Below, one piece after another: positions 1 to 9,580 of a stretch of DNA of 64,000 bases. The notes below the pieces were generated by a model. It searched no databases. It had not been told where the DNA came from and saw nothing but the letters and a program-made list of their open reading frames with translations. Numbering within the stretch: position 1 is the stretch's first letter; each line of letters opens with the position of its first letter. The translations under genes and the position numbers were made by a program. Source of the stretch: a virus (Duplodnaviria; Heunggongvirae; Uroviricota; Caudoviricetes); the IMG/VR virus record IMGVR_UViG_3300042322_000140, positions 228 to 64,227 of that record. The stretch is one strand, 5' to 3'.

Positions 1-141
1 TAGGAGCTTATTAATGAGCCCTTTTAATGCCTTTTTTACTTGGCAAACTACGCCAATAACAAAGGTTATAAGAAAGACAAAGTATACTGTTACATTTAAA
101 ACAGAAAATTCAGAGTATAAACTAACACTAAAAAAAGAATA

Positions 142-441
142 ATGACAGAAGAAGAATCATTAGCACAAAGTTATTTATTAGAAGAAGATGACGAAAATGA
201 CAACTATAGCCCATATTGTCCAGTTTGTACTGGTTGTGGAGAGTCTGGTTGTTGTAGTCCTACTTATTGCGATCCGGACAATATTAATTGTCAATACCCA
301 AAGACGTATACCGAGGACCTTAAATTAGGTTATCGTACATTTGAAAGATTTTGGGATTTATTAGAAGAGAATCAATGGTTTGGTAAAAAAGAAGAATTTA
401 TGAAAATCTATGATGAACAATTAGATATTAGGTTTAAATAA
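142..441 (+). CDS. Hypothetical phage protein with Cys cluster (possible metal binding)
   Basis: 99-aa ORF, A-rich start context, CPVCTGCGESGCC..C cluster; 1 nt from next ORF. Confidence 0.6.
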   Translation: MTEEESLAQSYLLEEDDENDNYSPYCPVCTGCGESGCCSPTYCDPDNINCQYPKTYTEDLKLGYRTFERFWDLLEENQWFGKKEEFMKIYDEQLDIRFK

Positions 442-442
442 T

Positions 443-856
443 ATGGAAGATAATAAAATAATAGTTCATAGCCAAGTTACTTGTCTAGAATGTAAAGAGG
501 TTTTGATTAGTCAACATAGGCATGATTTTAAAACATGTAGTTGCCCAAATGAAACTATGATTGATGGTGGTAGTGCTTATGTAAGATTTGGTGGAAAAGA
601 TTTATCAAAAGTTGAAACTTTTACAGTATTTGATACTGACGACTTTAAATTTGTTCGTAGATATGCTTCTCGTGGTGGTCGTGGAGTTGATGGTAGAGAG
701 CCCTTGACTTGGACTAAGTTATGTGATATGAATGATGAGTGGTTACAAGCTGTATTAATCTATTATCCTGAAGGTACAGATAACGACCATTTAAAACTTA
801 TAAGAAAAGAAATTGAATACCGTAAAGAAACTAGACACAATGGAAAAAACGTATAA
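443..856 (+). CDS. Conserved phage Zn-binding hypothetical protein
   Basis: CxxC...HRHDFxxCxC...IDGG pattern recognisable from many phage proteins. Confidence 0.65.
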   Translation: MEDNKIIVHSQVTCLECKEVLISQHRHDFKTCSCPNETMIDGGSAYVRFGGKDLSKVETFTVFDTDDFKFVRRYASRGGRGVDGREPLTWTKLCDMNDEWLQAVLIYYPEGTDNDHLKLIRKEIEYRKETRHNGKNV

Positions 857-1292
857 AAAAGTAGGTAAAAGATATGTTGAGATAGAGCAAAGGGTATCTT
901 TAAATCAAGAGCTTGTATTAGGTTGTGCCTTTAGATATGCACTAGGTAGAGCTACTTATGTAGTTGGGGCCGTTTGTGAAGAACTTGTAAGGCTTGAGCC
1001 AATTCTAGGTGATAATTTTAAATCTAGGATAGCTAAAGAAATTCAAGAGTATCAAGACGAACATGGTAAGGCCGGTTGGGATTTTGATAATGATGAATGG
1101 AACTATGTAAAATGGTTTTATACCCCTAGCAGAAGATTTATCTTAGAAGCTAACTTTTACAAAACTGATGATTGGGAAGAAGTTGAGGCTTTTAGGAGTG
1201 ATGAGTTAACAGAAGATGGAGAGCACATATACTACCCAGTAGGTAATAAAAATGGTTACTACCATACAGTAAGAAACGTAAGAAATAAATAA
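840..1292 (+). CDS. Hypothetical phage protein (CAFRYALGR motif)
   Basis: ORF track 813..1292; second ATG at 840 reduces overlap with the upstream gene; CAFRYALGRxTY motif seen in phage hypotheticals. Confidence 0.6.
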   Translation: MEKTYKKVGKRYVEIEQRVSLNQELVLGCAFRYALGRATYVVGAVCEELVRLEPILGDNFKSRIAKEIQEYQDEHGKAGWDFDNDEWNYVKWFYTPSRRFILEANFYKTDDWEEVEAFRSDELTEDGEHIYYPVGNKNGYYHTVRNVRNK

Positions 1293-2188
1293 TGACAAAC
1301 ATATCCTTTTTTTATTACCCGGCAGATGTAACAATACCTAAACCTTTAGGTAAAGTAAACTTTAAGCAATTTTTACGAGCTAACAAGAACCCAAGTTCTG
1401 ATATTAGTGGTATTTTTGATTTAATTTCTGCTGCTACTATTGTGGGGGATATGGGGCTAAAACATGAGCTTAAGTCAAAACTCTATTACTTTACACCTTG
1501 TGTACAAACAGATGGTAATGGTCGTTGTTATGCAAATATAACTGGGTTTACTGGGCTAATGGTTCTAGACTTTGATAAGTTACCGGATGCACCAGCCTTT
1601 AAGCAGTTTTTGTTTGATGCTGTGCCTAGTATAGTTGCAGCTTATTTGTCACCTAGTAAAAAAGGATGTAAGTTTATTGTTAAAATACCTGTGTGTAAAA
1701 CTACAGACGAGTTCAAAAGTTACTTCTATGGTATGGCATATTTTTTAGATAAGTATGAAGGCTTTGACCCCTCTACCCAAAACTGTATCTTACCTTTGTA
1801 CTTGTCAATTGACCCTGATTTATTGTATAGAGATAATCCAGAGACTTGGGCTAAAAGAGGTACTAAGATAGATGAATTTAAGCCTTATGTTGGAGAGATA
1901 GAAGTCTTAGAAAATGTTAGCGAAAAAGACAAGAATAAGGTTAAAACTATGTTAACAAGGTCTATGGAAAAAATTGTAGACTCTGGCCACTATATTGTGA
2001 GATCAACAGCTTTATGTGCTGGAGGTTATGTAGCAAGTGGTTATTTAACAAGAGAAGAGGCAGAAGACTTGCTTTTCGGTCTAATAGAGGACAACAGTTA
2101 CTTACAAAAAAATGTAAGAGGTTACAAAATGACCACAAAAGAAATGATAACAAAGGGTATGACAGGCCCATTATATTTAAAAGAGTAA
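1292..2188 (+). CDS. BT4734-like/VirE N-terminal (AEP primase-polymerase-like) protein with C-terminal helical PriCT-like region
   Basis: YFTP..., TGLMVLDFD, AYLSPSKKGCKFIV, FDPSTQN...YLSIDPD match BT4734-like N-terminal domain motifs. Confidence 0.7.
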   Translation: MTNISFFYYPADVTIPKPLGKVNFKQFLRANKNPSSDISGIFDLISAATIVGDMGLKHELKSKLYYFTPCVQTDGNGRCYANITGFTGLMVLDFDKLPDAPAFKQFLFDAVPSIVAAYLSPSKKGCKFIVKIPVCKTTDEFKSYFYGMAYFLDKYEGFDPSTQNCILPLYLSIDPDLLYRDNPETWAKRGTKIDEFKPYVGEIEVLENVSEKDKNKVKTMLTRSMEKIVDSGHYIVRSTALCAGGYVASGYLTREEAEDLLFGLIEDNSYLQKNVRGYKMTTKEMITKGMTGPLYLKE

Positions 2189-2191
2189 TAT

Positions 2192-2323
2192 ATGAGAAAA
2201 AATAATTTTATATTTGATTGTTTACTATTTCAAAGCAAAGATAGATTACATATCTTTTTAGGCATTTGGGTATGGTTGCAATTTATAATTGGGGTGCTTG
2301 AAATACTTATAAGCCATGAATAA
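2192..2323 (+). CDS. Small putative membrane peptide (43 aa), below ORF-track cutoff
   Basis: Hand translation MRKNNFIFDCLLFQSKDRLHIFLGIWVWLQFIIGVLEILISHE; one hydrophobic stretch; starts 3 nt after the previous stop. Confidence 0.4.
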   Translation: MRKNNFIFDCLLFQSKDRLHIFLGIWVWLQFIIGVLEILISHE

Positions 2324-2483
2324 AAAAGATTTTTACAGAAAAGATTATTTAACATACAAAAAAAAGTACAATCTTTTATGTAATATGGAGCCAATAAATT
2401 TAATTTGTTTGGAAAAACCGAATATTAGTAGTACTTTTGCAAAACAAATAGTAATAACCGAAATAAAAAAGAATGGAAATTAA
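2316..2483 (+). CDS. Possible small hypothetical ORF (55 aa)
   Basis: Hand translation MNKKDFYRKDYLTYKKKYNLL...; overlaps both neighbours by a few nt; also contains a promoter-like motif. Confidence 0.3.
   Translation: MNKKDFYRKDYLTYKKKYNLLCNMEPINLICLEKPNISSTFAKQIVITEIKKNGN
2408..2439 (+). promoter_or_regulatory. Bacteroidota sigma70-type promoter (-33 TTTG / -7 TACTTTTG)
   Basis: TTTG at 2408-2411, 20-nt spacer, TACTTTTG at 2432-2439, 33 nt upstream of the phosphoesterase ATG. Confidence 0.7.
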
Positions 2484-3708
2484 CAAAAAAAGATTACAAG
2501 AGCTCTATGAGCAAGAACAAAGTAAAACATTAGCCGCTAAGGCTTATTGTGAAGAAGTTGGAATTGTTTATGATGAGACATTTCGTAAAAAAGCAAATTC
2601 TTATATACTTAAATCAGAACGTGGTTTAGATGAAGATTTAGATAATACTACAGATACTGATACAAATCAGTATGAAAAAATATCTTCTCTGTCGGCCTTA
2701 AAGGAAGACGGTACTATTATGAGTATAAAAGAATATTGTGAATTTTATAAAATCCCTTTTAATGATGTAAGGACTTATAAGTTAGTTACACACACTGGTA
2801 AAGGTGCTTATTATAATATAGCCTCTAATCAAATTGAGGGTGGCCATATGGAGGCTTTCCATAAAAAAATACTAGAGGATATTGCAAATATCCCTAACAA
2901 ACCAAAAACAATAAATAGAGTTGGTACAGATGATCTCAAATTAGATGATGAGCATTTATTTGTAATAGATCCAGCAGATGTTCACATTGGAAAATTAGCT
3001 AAAAGTTTTGAAACAGGAGAAGATTATGATAACCAGATTGCAGTTCAAAGAGTTCGTGAAGGTGTCGAAGGTCTTCTTACTAAAGCCAAGGGTTTTAGGA
3101 TTGATAAAATTTTGTTTGTTGGAGGTAATGATATTTTGCATATTGATACACCTAAAAGAACCACTACTTCAGGTACTGACCAAGATACTGATGGTATGTG
3201 GTATACCAACTTTCTGATTGCAAAAGAGCTTTATATTGAGATCTTGAATAGACTTGTTAAAGTTGCAGACGTACATTTTGTATTCAATCCTAGTAACCAC
3301 GATTACACTCATGGCTTCTTTTTAGCTGATGTAATACAAACTTATTTCAAAGACTGTAAGAATATCACTTTTGATTGTTCTATCGCTCACAGAAAGTATT
3401 ATAGATATGGATCTAACTTAATTGGTACCACTCATGGTGACGGTGGTAAAATGGATAACTTGCCTTTAACCATGGCTCATGAAAGTCCAGATTGGGGTGC
3501 TTGTAAACATAGGTATATTTATATACACCATTTTCACCATAAGATCAGTAAAGATTATATGAGTGTATGTGTAGAAGCTTTGAGAAGCCCATCGGGTACA
3601 GACTCCTGGCACCACAGAAATCAATACCAGCACGCCCCAAAGGCGATTGAAGGCTATATACATCACCCATTACATGGTCAGATTGCCAGACTAACACATT
3701 TATTTTAG
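2473..3708 (+). CDS. Calcineurin-like metallophosphoesterase
   Basis: Ordered motifs DPADVHIG, GGNDILH, NPSNHD, THGD, HHFHH. Confidence 0.8.
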   Translation: MEINKKRLQELYEQEQSKTLAAKAYCEEVGIVYDETFRKKANSYILKSERGLDEDLDNTTDTDTNQYEKISSLSALKEDGTIMSIKEYCEFYKIPFNDVRTYKLVTHTGKGAYYNIASNQIEGGHMEAFHKKILEDIANIPNKPKTINRVGTDDLKLDDEHLFVIDPADVHIGKLAKSFETGEDYDNQIAVQRVREGVEGLLTKAKGFRIDKILFVGGNDILHIDTPKRTTTSGTDQDTDGMWYTNFLIAKELYIEILNRLVKVADVHFVFNPSNHDYTHGFFLADVIQTYFKDCKNITFDCSIAHRKYYRYGSNLIGTTHGDGGKMDNLPLTMAHESPDWGACKHRYIYIHHFHHKISKDYMSVCVEALRSPSGTDSWHHRNQYQHAPKAIEGYIHHPLHGQIARLTHLF

Positions 3709-3716
3709 TTTATTGT

Positions 3717-3756
3717 AAAAAAATACCCCCTTGGATTTTGTCCTTGGGGGTTTTTT
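3717..3756. terminator. Probable bidirectional intrinsic terminator between convergent gene blocks
   Basis: ACCCCC...GGGGGT stem with inner GGA/TCC pairs, A-run on the left and T-run on the right. Confidence 0.65.
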
Positions 3757-3762
3757 AATTTA

Positions 3763-6700
3763 TTATTCTTCTTCTGATATTTCTGCCCAGCCTCCTTCTT
3801 TTAGATCATTTTCATCTATAAGGATAGCTATTGGTATTAATGACTCATCTTTATTATAGTAGTCATATGTATCTCTCAAAGATTTAAGGTTACCGGCATT
3901 CCATAAATCAAATGTAGGTTTTGCTCCAGTAACGTTCTTCAAGAAGTATATTTGTTGTTTTGTCATACCTTTAAACCTACCTCTATCTTCTACTTCTGTG
4001 TCGAATGCTCTGGTGATGTTAAATAAGTTTTCTAATTTTTGTACTCCTACTAGAGGCTCTTTTACAGAACTATAAAATTCACCAATTACCCCAAACTGTG
4101 TTGAAGATGTTTCTGTGGTTACCCTTTCTAACATATAAGCCGCAAATTGTGCTGCCCACATATCTTCTTCATCATCTGCCCAGTGTCCAACTCCAATTGT
4201 TAATAAAAACAATACTGAAAGGAATGCAAAATCAACCATTACTCTCCTGATGTTTTCTCTTTGTACATCATCACCATTTAAGTACTGGCTTTTTAGTTCA
4301 CCTAATGCAGATTTCATACCTCCTTTTTGTAAACCGTTGTTAAAATTTTGTACAAAAAAGTTATAAACTGAGAAGTAAGTACCCTCTTCCATTTGACCGG
4401 TTTGTAGGTTTAAGTGTCTTCTCTTGAACCTATTTGCTGCAGATATAGCTAACCACCCTTTGTGTGTCATTGCAAATCTACCTAGTACGTCTCTTTGCAT
4501 AGAGGTTCTTTCCTCGTTGGTAATCATACCATCAATTCTTTCTACAACTTTCTTTAATTTAGTTATAACCCCAATCTCAATGTTTCTAAAATCTTTTTGA
4601 AACTGCTCATCGTTAGTTCTACCCATATCTCTAGCTAAACTATCATAGTCATAAGCTACTGTTCCGTCTTTTGGTGACATGTAGTTGTACAGGGTTTTAT
4701 CTCTAAGTAAGTCCCATTGATTTGCCAGGTCTTTTTTAGTAGCTGACGGATTTACTGTTTTATATAAGGATTCAAATTTTTTAGAATCTACTAATTTACC
4801 TTCATATATTCTAAATCCATATAACTGAGAAAGCATTGCTTTAGACAAAGGTGCAAAGTTACCTGCTGTGTGTAGTATATACTTTGATTTAGCTAATACT
4901 CTAGGCCCTTTTGAGTACATAGAGTTTTCAAATTTATTACTTAAATCAAATACACCAAAATATTCTCCATATATAGATAGCTTAGATTTTGAGTCTATTT
5001 CTAAACTTTCCTTCATTGCAGGAAAAGCTATCTTTCTAAACTCTTTTGAAGCTAAATTCATAGATCCAGAATCTACATACTGACCAACATATTTTTCTAT
5101 AATCATAGATGCCTCAGCTGTAAGCCATGAAGTAACTGGTACTACAACATTCAATGCAAGAGAGTTATCTCTAATAAGTTTATGCAACATATTTATTATC
5201 TTAGTTACATCAATTTGCCCTAGTACTGGTACAGTTACTCTCCAGTTTTTTCTTTCTTTTATACCAAATAAATTATGGTCGTAGTAAGATTGAAACATTT
5301 TGTAAGTGTTTGTAGATGTAGCATCTTTACCTTCTGGATAAGCTCTCTTTAAAACTAAATCATTAAGTGTAGCAAACTCAGAGAATCTTTCTTTTCTAGC
5401 TTTATATAACTGAGATTGTTGTGCAAATAACATAGAGCTATAGAATAAATCTGTAGATACGTCTGTTTCTTCTTCTAATTTTTTCAAAAAGTACTTCGGT
5501 ATAATTTTCATGTTTGTTGCTTTTACTAAAGCCTCTCCCTCTACTTCTTCACCAAATGCTTGCTCATCTACTCTAAATCTAACAGCATCTCTCCACCACT
5601 CTTTTATAGTCCCTCTTTTACCTTTTATTAAATCATTAGCTTTTTCTAGGCCGGTTTTTGAAACTTGTGGTGCTAAGTATAAGTTGTGTGTACCTAGTTC
5701 CCCATAAGATCTTAAACTTTCTCTTTGGAACTCCATGTATTCCTTGTACAAACTAAATAGTTTTTGATTAGTTGTAGCTTGAATATTGCCTTCATTATCT
5801 AATATAGGGTTATTGTCAGCGTCTAACACAGGTCTAAAAAGGTCTACGAAGTTTTTATTCAAGTACTTACTAAGTTTAGGTTGTTTAGAACCACCTTCAA
5901 AATCCTCTTTGTAATTTGGGTTCTTAAACTTAATTTCCCCCATTTCGTAGTAAGAAAAATTATTACTAACTTTTACATCTCTTCTTTTGTTTAGCTCTGT
6001 TACTAATGTATACACATTCTGATTTCCATTTTTTAATTGGTCGTAAAAGTTTTGTAAACCTACTGGGGCAAATGCTTTATAATAAGGTGCTAATTTTGTC
6101 TCTGCATATTTTAATTTTGCTGCTGGAATATCATCCTTATTTAATTCAGACAATTCGTTTATCCCCACAGTTCTTAGTATTAATGCTTTGTGTCCCTCTG
6201 ATACTCTTAACCCTTTTAATACATCATCTAAAGCGTCTGAAAATTGTCTTGCTTTCTTAGCATTTTCAACTGTCATATTTTCAAGAGCAAATTTGTATTT
6301 GCCTTCAGCAGTTGTTATTCTTGCGTCAGCTAACATATCGTAGTAAGACTGATTAGGCGTAGACTCAGAAACTCTATTCTCCTCTGTACCTAGACTAACT
6401 TTATCTTTAAATATAGTGTATAGCTCTACGGCCATTCTGTCTATTTCTTCAGATAATTCTATAACTTTACTTCTTTGTTGCGTTGACATTTCTTCAGCCA
6501 TCGTGTTAGTAAAGTTTCTAGAGTCTTGGTATTGTTTTAATATAGATTTTCTAGATTGTAGTTTGTCTTTATAAGATTTTATTTTCTCTATCCAAGCTTG
6601 CTCTGAATTTGGGTCTTGGCTATATGAATCTATATAAGTCATCATGCTTTCTGATACATCAAAGTTATTCCAGAAATCATTAGAAAAACCTACGCTTGAG

Positions 6701-9486
6701 TTTAATATAAAAAATTCAACTGCTGCTTCTCTACCTTCTTCTAATTCAATCTTTTGAAGCTCTTCTAGAAATTTAGGTGCAAGTTTTTCAATATCTATTT
6801 TTTGCCCACCAGAAAGTCTTGCCTCTTCTTGCTTCTCAGCTAAAAAAGCTTGGTCTAATTTATTTATTTCAAAAGCTATCTTAGCCTCCTCACTTACAAC
6901 TCCTTGAAGTTCATAGTATATTCCAGATACTTCTATAGAGTTTTCAGATGGGTTTTCAACTGGTTTTAGACCTGTTTTAATATCCCCAAAACTTTCGAAT
7001 AAAGATTTTAAACTTTTTCTTTTTAAGTTTATAGCATCTAATTCATACTTATCTTGAGATGTGTACCTTGGTAAACCTTTTTCATTTTTAACTCTAGACA
7101 TAAGACTACCTAAGTCTGTAGACAATAGTCTAAGCTCTGTTTTAGTAGTGTCACTTATTCCAAGTTTTTCATATTTATCATCTCTATTTTGATAATAATC
7201 TTCTGTAAAACTTCTCTCCACTCTTGAATTAACTGCATCATTAACTTCTTTTTCATAAGCTTTTTCTGCTGCCTCATCTGTTATTTTTGGTAAGTCGTAG
7301 CTTTTTATACCCTTTATTATATCTTCGTCAGACATTGCTGTACCGCTATGAATCTTATAAGCTTGTAACTTTATATCTGTAATGTCTTTTTCAAAAGCGT
7401 TAAAATCATATAAACTTGTTACATAACCTCCTTTTTCCATAAATTTAGGTAGGTCAGCTTCTGTAAAACCAAGTTTACGAATTGTATCTTGAAACTGTTT
7501 TGCTCTTACTAAATAGCTTTGTTCTGCATCTAGAGTCATATCTGCAATAACACTCCCTAAAATATTAAGTAGTGGATCATGTGCATGTGTGATTTGACCA
7601 AATGCTGAATAAAATAATTGTGTATCTCTAGTAGCAGTAGTAACTGCATCTCTTAGTTTTTGTCTAACTTCGTCATCAAAACTGTGTCTTATCATTAACC
7701 TGTCTATGATTCTGTCTAGTACATCATTTTGTACGTTATCTGCAGCCCCGGTTACAGCTGATACTTTTACAACAACTGCGTTAATATCATTTACAATATC
7801 TGCTAAATCTGCATCCTCTTTTGATAGGGCTACTAATCTAGATAATACTGGTACAATGTTATCTTTCAAGCCTTGTAATACAATACCCTCTTCATTAGAT
7901 AAAGTCTCACCTCTTCTTTTAGATGTTTCAATAGCTGTAGATACATAGTCTGCTTGTCTTTTTGCTAAAGATATTAAGTCAAGTATTGAGCTTTTTGTAA
8001 TAGCTTTATCTAATGCTGAGTTTAACATCTGTATACTAGCTGCAGATCCTCTACCGGCATTTCTAAGACTTCTTTCTTGGTCAAGTAATGATTTTACCAG
8101 TCTTTTTACAATAACATTCTTAGTATCAAGAACCACGTTTCCGCTTGCTTGTTGCTGATACATTCTAAAAGTCTTAGTTTTAGTTTTGTCTAAGTTTAAA
8201 TACTTATTTACATCTTTGGTTAATAGCAAGTCCTCTACTTTTACCGTTAGTGCCTCTAAGTCAGTATAGAATGTATCCTTTACAACTACAGAATTAAAAA
8301 ACTTACCTAAAAGCTCAAAAATTCTTTCTATTATTGTTTTGTGTATTTCTGTTTTACCCTCTGTATTAAATCTTTCTTGTATAGCTTTTGCCAGTTCTTT
8401 ACCTAATATCTCTCTTCTAACTAAGTTTTCAACTTGTTCAGTAGACATACTTGGGTTTTCTCTTGTGTACAATTCTCTATAAGATTGTGAAAATTCTACA
8501 TAAGAACTGGTTTTGTTTATATTTCTTAATAGGCCCTCTATCTCAGCATCATCCCAAGTTTCAACTATGAAGTGTGAAGTCTCTTCTGCTAATCCATCAA
8601 TAGTCATCAGACCATCTTTGAATGCAATTACTTGTCTAGATACATCTAATAATGCTTGAGCTGATGGATCAACACCATTTCTAATATTATAGCTATTTAT
8701 GTAGCTGTTTATAGATGTCACCTTGACACCCATACTGTTTAAAAGATCCAAAAGATTCATTTTTAAAGACTCTTCATTAGTGTTCAAAGACTCTGTTGAG
8801 ATACCTGATGGTAATGCATCTTTTACTGCATTGTTTATCATAAGCTCTACAGCTTCATCTTTACTAACAGACTTTTCTAACTCTCTTAGAGTAGTAGCCC
8901 TGAAGTCTTCTAAAGACATTGATTTATTACCTACTTGTACTTTATTCTTGTTGTTCAGTAATTCAATTCTACCGTCTTTGTAGATCTTAAAGTTCTTTCT
9001 GTTTAGGTTGGTTTTGGCTTCCTCCTTTATGATCTGTTCATTTACTATTTGTAATGGCCCATGGTTACCAGCTGCTTGGTGGTAAGTTTTTCCATTTTCT
9101 ATTATTTTTTGATCAGAAAGAATATCACTTTTGATCATGTTGTTTATAAACCCTTCATAGCTAGCCGGGTTTGTGTTTGAAGACACTGAAACTAGGTTTT
9201 TAAACGTGTTTTCAATACCCATACCTATCTGTATATCCCCTCCTGCTGAGTTCTGTAAAGCTTCTTTGTAAGAATTGAACGTCACACCTTTATCAGAAAT
9301 AAAAGTGATAGGGCTTTGGTCGTTTATTTTTTCTGAATAAACATTTTTAAAAATAGACAAAGCTTCTTCTAAACTTTCTACATGTGGAAGTCTAGCTATT
9401 TGTTTGAATAGTCTACTTTCTTTACCTTCTAGGTCAAAAACGTTTTTTATACTACCGTTTTTATTATAATTAATCGTACAGCTCAT
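3763..9486 (-). CDS. Giant virion ejection/cargo protein C (1907 aa), crAss-like
   Basis: Last of three giant ORFs; LAEETSHF zincin-like motif; GRFAMTHKGW...EEGTY C-terminal motif; hydrophobic helix near C-terminus; only Cys is at residue 3. Confidence 0.7.
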   Translation of the reverse strand: MSCTINYNKNGSIKNVFDLEGKESRLFKQIARLPHVESLEEALSIFKNVYSEKINDQSPITFISDKGVTFNSYKEALQNSAGGDIQIGMGIENTFKNLVSVSSNTNPASYEGFINNMIKSDILSDQKIIENGKTYHQAAGNHGPLQIVNEQIIKEEAKTNLNRKNFKIYKDGRIELLNNKNKVQVGNKSMSLEDFRATTLRELEKSVSKDEAVELMINNAVKDALPSGISTESLNTNEESLKMNLLDLLNSMGVKVTSINSYINSYNIRNGVDPSAQALLDVSRQVIAFKDGLMTIDGLAEETSHFIVETWDDAEIEGLLRNINKTSSYVEFSQSYRELYTRENPSMSTEQVENLVRREILGKELAKAIQERFNTEGKTEIHKTIIERIFELLGKFFNSVVVKDTFYTDLEALTVKVEDLLLTKDVNKYLNLDKTKTKTFRMYQQQASGNVVLDTKNVIVKRLVKSLLDQERSLRNAGRGSAASIQMLNSALDKAITKSSILDLISLAKRQADYVSTAIETSKRRGETLSNEEGIVLQGLKDNIVPVLSRLVALSKEDADLADIVNDINAVVVKVSAVTGAADNVQNDVLDRIIDRLMIRHSFDDEVRQKLRDAVTTATRDTQLFYSAFGQITHAHDPLLNILGSVIADMTLDAEQSYLVRAKQFQDTIRKLGFTEADLPKFMEKGGYVTSLYDFNAFEKDITDIKLQAYKIHSGTAMSDEDIIKGIKSYDLPKITDEAAEKAYEKEVNDAVNSRVERSFTEDYYQNRDDKYEKLGISDTTKTELRLLSTDLGSLMSRVKNEKGLPRYTSQDKYELDAINLKRKSLKSLFESFGDIKTGLKPVENPSENSIEVSGIYYELQGVVSEEAKIAFEINKLDQAFLAEKQEEARLSGGQKIDIEKLAPKFLEELQKIELEEGREAAVEFFILNSSVGFSNDFWNNFDVSESMMTYIDSYSQDPNSEQAWIEKIKSYKDKLQSRKSILKQYQDSRNFTNTMAEEMSTQQRSKVIELSEEIDRMAVELYTIFKDKVSLGTEENRVSESTPNQSYYDMLADARITTAEGKYKFALENMTVENAKKARQFSDALDDVLKGLRVSEGHKALILRTVGINELSELNKDDIPAAKLKYAETKLAPYYKAFAPVGLQNFYDQLKNGNQNVYTLVTELNKRRDVKVSNNFSYYEMGEIKFKNPNYKEDFEGGSKQPKLSKYLNKNFVDLFRPVLDADNNPILDNEGNIQATTNQKLFSLYKEYMEFQRESLRSYGELGTHNLYLAPQVSKTGLEKANDLIKGKRGTIKEWWRDAVRFRVDEQAFGEEVEGEALVKATNMKIIPKYFLKKLEEETDVSTDLFYSSMLFAQQSQLYKARKERFSEFATLNDLVLKRAYPEGKDATSTNTYKMFQSYYDHNLFGIKERKNWRVTVPVLGQIDVTKIINMLHKLIRDNSLALNVVVPVTSWLTAEASMIIEKYVGQYVDSGSMNLASKEFRKIAFPAMKESLEIDSKSKLSIYGEYFGVFDLSNKFENSMYSKGPRVLAKSKYILHTAGNFAPLSKAMLSQLYGFRIYEGKLVDSKKFESLYKTVNPSATKKDLANQWDLLRDKTLYNYMSPKDGTVAYDYDSLARDMGRTNDEQFQKDFRNIEIGVITKLKKVVERIDGMITNEERTSMQRDVLGRFAMTHKGWLAISAANRFKRRHLNLQTGQMEEGTYFSVYNFFVQNFNNGLQKGGMKSALGELKSQYLNGDDVQRENIRRVMVDFAFLSVLFLLTIGVGHWADDEEDMWAAQFAAYMLERVTTETSSTQFGVIGEFYSSVKEPLVGVQKLENLFNITRAFDTEVEDRGRFKGMTKQQIYFLKNVTGAKPTFDLWNAGNLKSLRDTYDYYNKDESLIPIAILIDENDLKEGGWAEISEEE

Positions 9487-9506
9487 ATTTTTTTATTATT
9501 ATAATG

Positions 9507-9538
9507 CAAAATTAGTATTTTTATTTGTCATATCCAAA
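9507..9538 (-). promoter_or_regulatory. Bacteroidota sigma70-type promoter for giant C
   Basis: Minus strand TTTG-N20-TAATTTTG, 20 nt upstream of ATG 9486. Confidence 0.75.
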
Positions 9539-9544
9539 TACATT

Positions 9545-9574
9545 AAAAAGTTAAGGCTACTTTTCAGCAGCCTT
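9545..9574 (-). terminator. Intrinsic terminator after giant B
   Basis: Minus-strand RNA AAGGCUGCU-GAAA-AGUAGCCUU followed by AACUUUUU. Confidence 0.7.
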
Positions 9575-9580
9575 TTCTTA

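Noticed and set aside
1-141. Possible tRNA/ncRNA or gene end at the window start (and in other intergenic gaps)
   Set aside because: No cloverleaf or T-loop signature seen; gaps are short and explained by promoters and terminators.
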